From a virus, in IMG/VR virus record IMGVR_UViG_3300046492_000199: 64,000 nt of DNA. One strand, 5' to 3'. Shown here piece after piece: positions 62,986-64,000 of the stretch. Every line of letters starts with the position of its first letter. Positions within the stretch are counted from its first letter, which is position 1. The translations under genes and the position numbers were made by a program. A model generated the notes under the pieces. The model was not told the DNA's origin and made no database searches. It saw only the letters and a list, made by a program, of their open reading frames with translations.

Positions 62986-63531
62986 TCACTTCTTTTTCCT
63001 TTTCTTTTTAGCAGCTGCCACCAGCGTTTCATATTCATCGATCCACACATACCTTGATTCGTCCCATCTCGGCAACTTGTTCTTTCTATATACGACACGA
63101 AGATACTCTAATTTAATCCCTGCTTCAAACATAATCTGAGCCGGGGATTTACCTTCAGCCACTAATTTGAGAATGAGTTTCAATTTTGTATCAGCATAAG
63201 GTTTTAGATTTCCTTGCTGTGTCAAGATGAGGCGAACATAAGATTCTCTATAACCTGTCTCAGCAATAATCTCTGCCGGGGATTTACCTTCAGCGGCAAG
63301 TTTGAGAATGACAGCCTTTTTAATTGGCTCCGTCGTACCAGTCACTTTTCTGGTACGTTCCTTACGTTCCGCCTTGTAGGAATCAGGATCATCCATATTC
63401 TTATATTTTGAGATAAGCTGAGAAATGTTCTGCTTTGAAACGTTGAAAGACCTAGCAATGTCAGTCACCTTTTCGCCAGCCTTGAAGCGGCGGATAACTT
63501 CATTGCGGGATATCTTTCGTGGCGCGTTCAT
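62986..63531 (-). CDS. Multi-HTH DNA-binding protein
   Basis: GEKVTDIARSFNVSKQNISQL plus two LKL.AEGKSPA.I repeats. Confidence 0.75.
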   Translation of the reverse strand: MNAPRKISRNEVIRRFKAGEKVTDIARSFNVSKQNISQLISKYKNMDDPDSYKAERKERTRKVTGTTEPIKKAVILKLAAEGKSPAEIIAETGYRESYVRLILTQQGNLKPYADTKLKLILKLVAEGKSPAQIMFEAGIKLEYLRVVYRKNKLPRWDESRYVWIDEYETLVAAAKKKRKKK

Positions 63532-63911
63532 ACCATTTTGCTCCATTCAGTTTCCATGACCCTAATCTGATTCAGCAATTCGTCTACCTTCAGCTGAGCA
63601 TCGAGATAAGCTTCGCGCTTGACCAGAATTTTCTTCTGAAAATAATGGCGGGCCTCGACCTCGGTAGCTATGGTGCACTCATTCATGATAGTAGGCATAG
63701 CTACGGTGTTTTCCTTCATATCATCGAAACCTAGCACAGTCACCTTATGATGGCCGTTGTACTCGTCATCCACAAACACCTTCACAATCCTACCATGGAT
63801 ATCCCATCCACCCATGTAGCGATCCGCGACCCAACGAACATAAGCCCCTGCCACAACTTCTTCCTGCTTCATAGTCATTAAACCGGCTCCCCTTAAATCT
63901 AAGTGACTCAC
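63528..63911 (-). CDS. Hypothetical protein
   Basis: 127-aa ORF, ATGA overlap. Confidence 0.5.
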   Translation of the reverse strand: MSHLDLRGAGLMTMKQEEVVAGAYVRWVADRYMGGWDIHGRIVKVFVDDEYNGHHKVTVLGFDDMKENTVAMPTIMNECTIATEVEARHYFQKKILVKREAYLDAQLKVDELLNQIRVMETEWSKMV

Positions 63912-64000
63912 TTTATCTCCCGCTGTTATAACCTAAATCATTTCCCGATGCAACCCCCCCCCCCTTGACAGGGGAGAACCGCGACATTGGACATTTGACT

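Noticed and set aside
63953-63974. C11 run with CCCCTTGACAGGGG hairpin as phase-variation or end signal
   Set aside because: At the window edge with no downstream context; homopolymer length may be an assembly artefact

Overview
A 64-kb piece of a large tailed dsDNA phage genome with siphovirus-type, phiCbK-like architecture. The host is very probably an alphaproteobacterium: alphaproteobacterial LexA boxes, a tRNA-His without G-1, and a DUF1127 gene all point that way. Layout: (i) 1-16 kb minus-strand virion module (tape-measure start, frameshifted tail chaperone, tail tube, two beta-helix proteins, neck genes, PhoH, capsid, scaffold, portal); (ii) 16-24 kb tRNA cluster interleaved with HNH nucleases and many non-tRNA structured RNAs; (iii) 24-35.8 kb fibre/SGNH/protease genes; (iv) 35.9-49.5 kb putative terminal-repeat/early region of small genes; (v) 49.8-57.8 kb plus-strand block with more tRNAs and ncRNAs; (vi) 57.9-64 kb terminase/RuvC block. 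Most striking observations: a 74-nt CCA-terminated RNA reproducing the L11-binding (GTPase-associated) domain of 23S rRNA; an 11-bp-phased array of 14 GAAC/GTTC-type half-sites (alphaproteobacterial SOS-box geometry); seven early promoters built as palindromes with the -10 box in the loop; a D-armless tRNA-Arg; a UCA-anticodon tRNA; and an oversized tRNA-like RNA. All calls are by eye, with no database searches.
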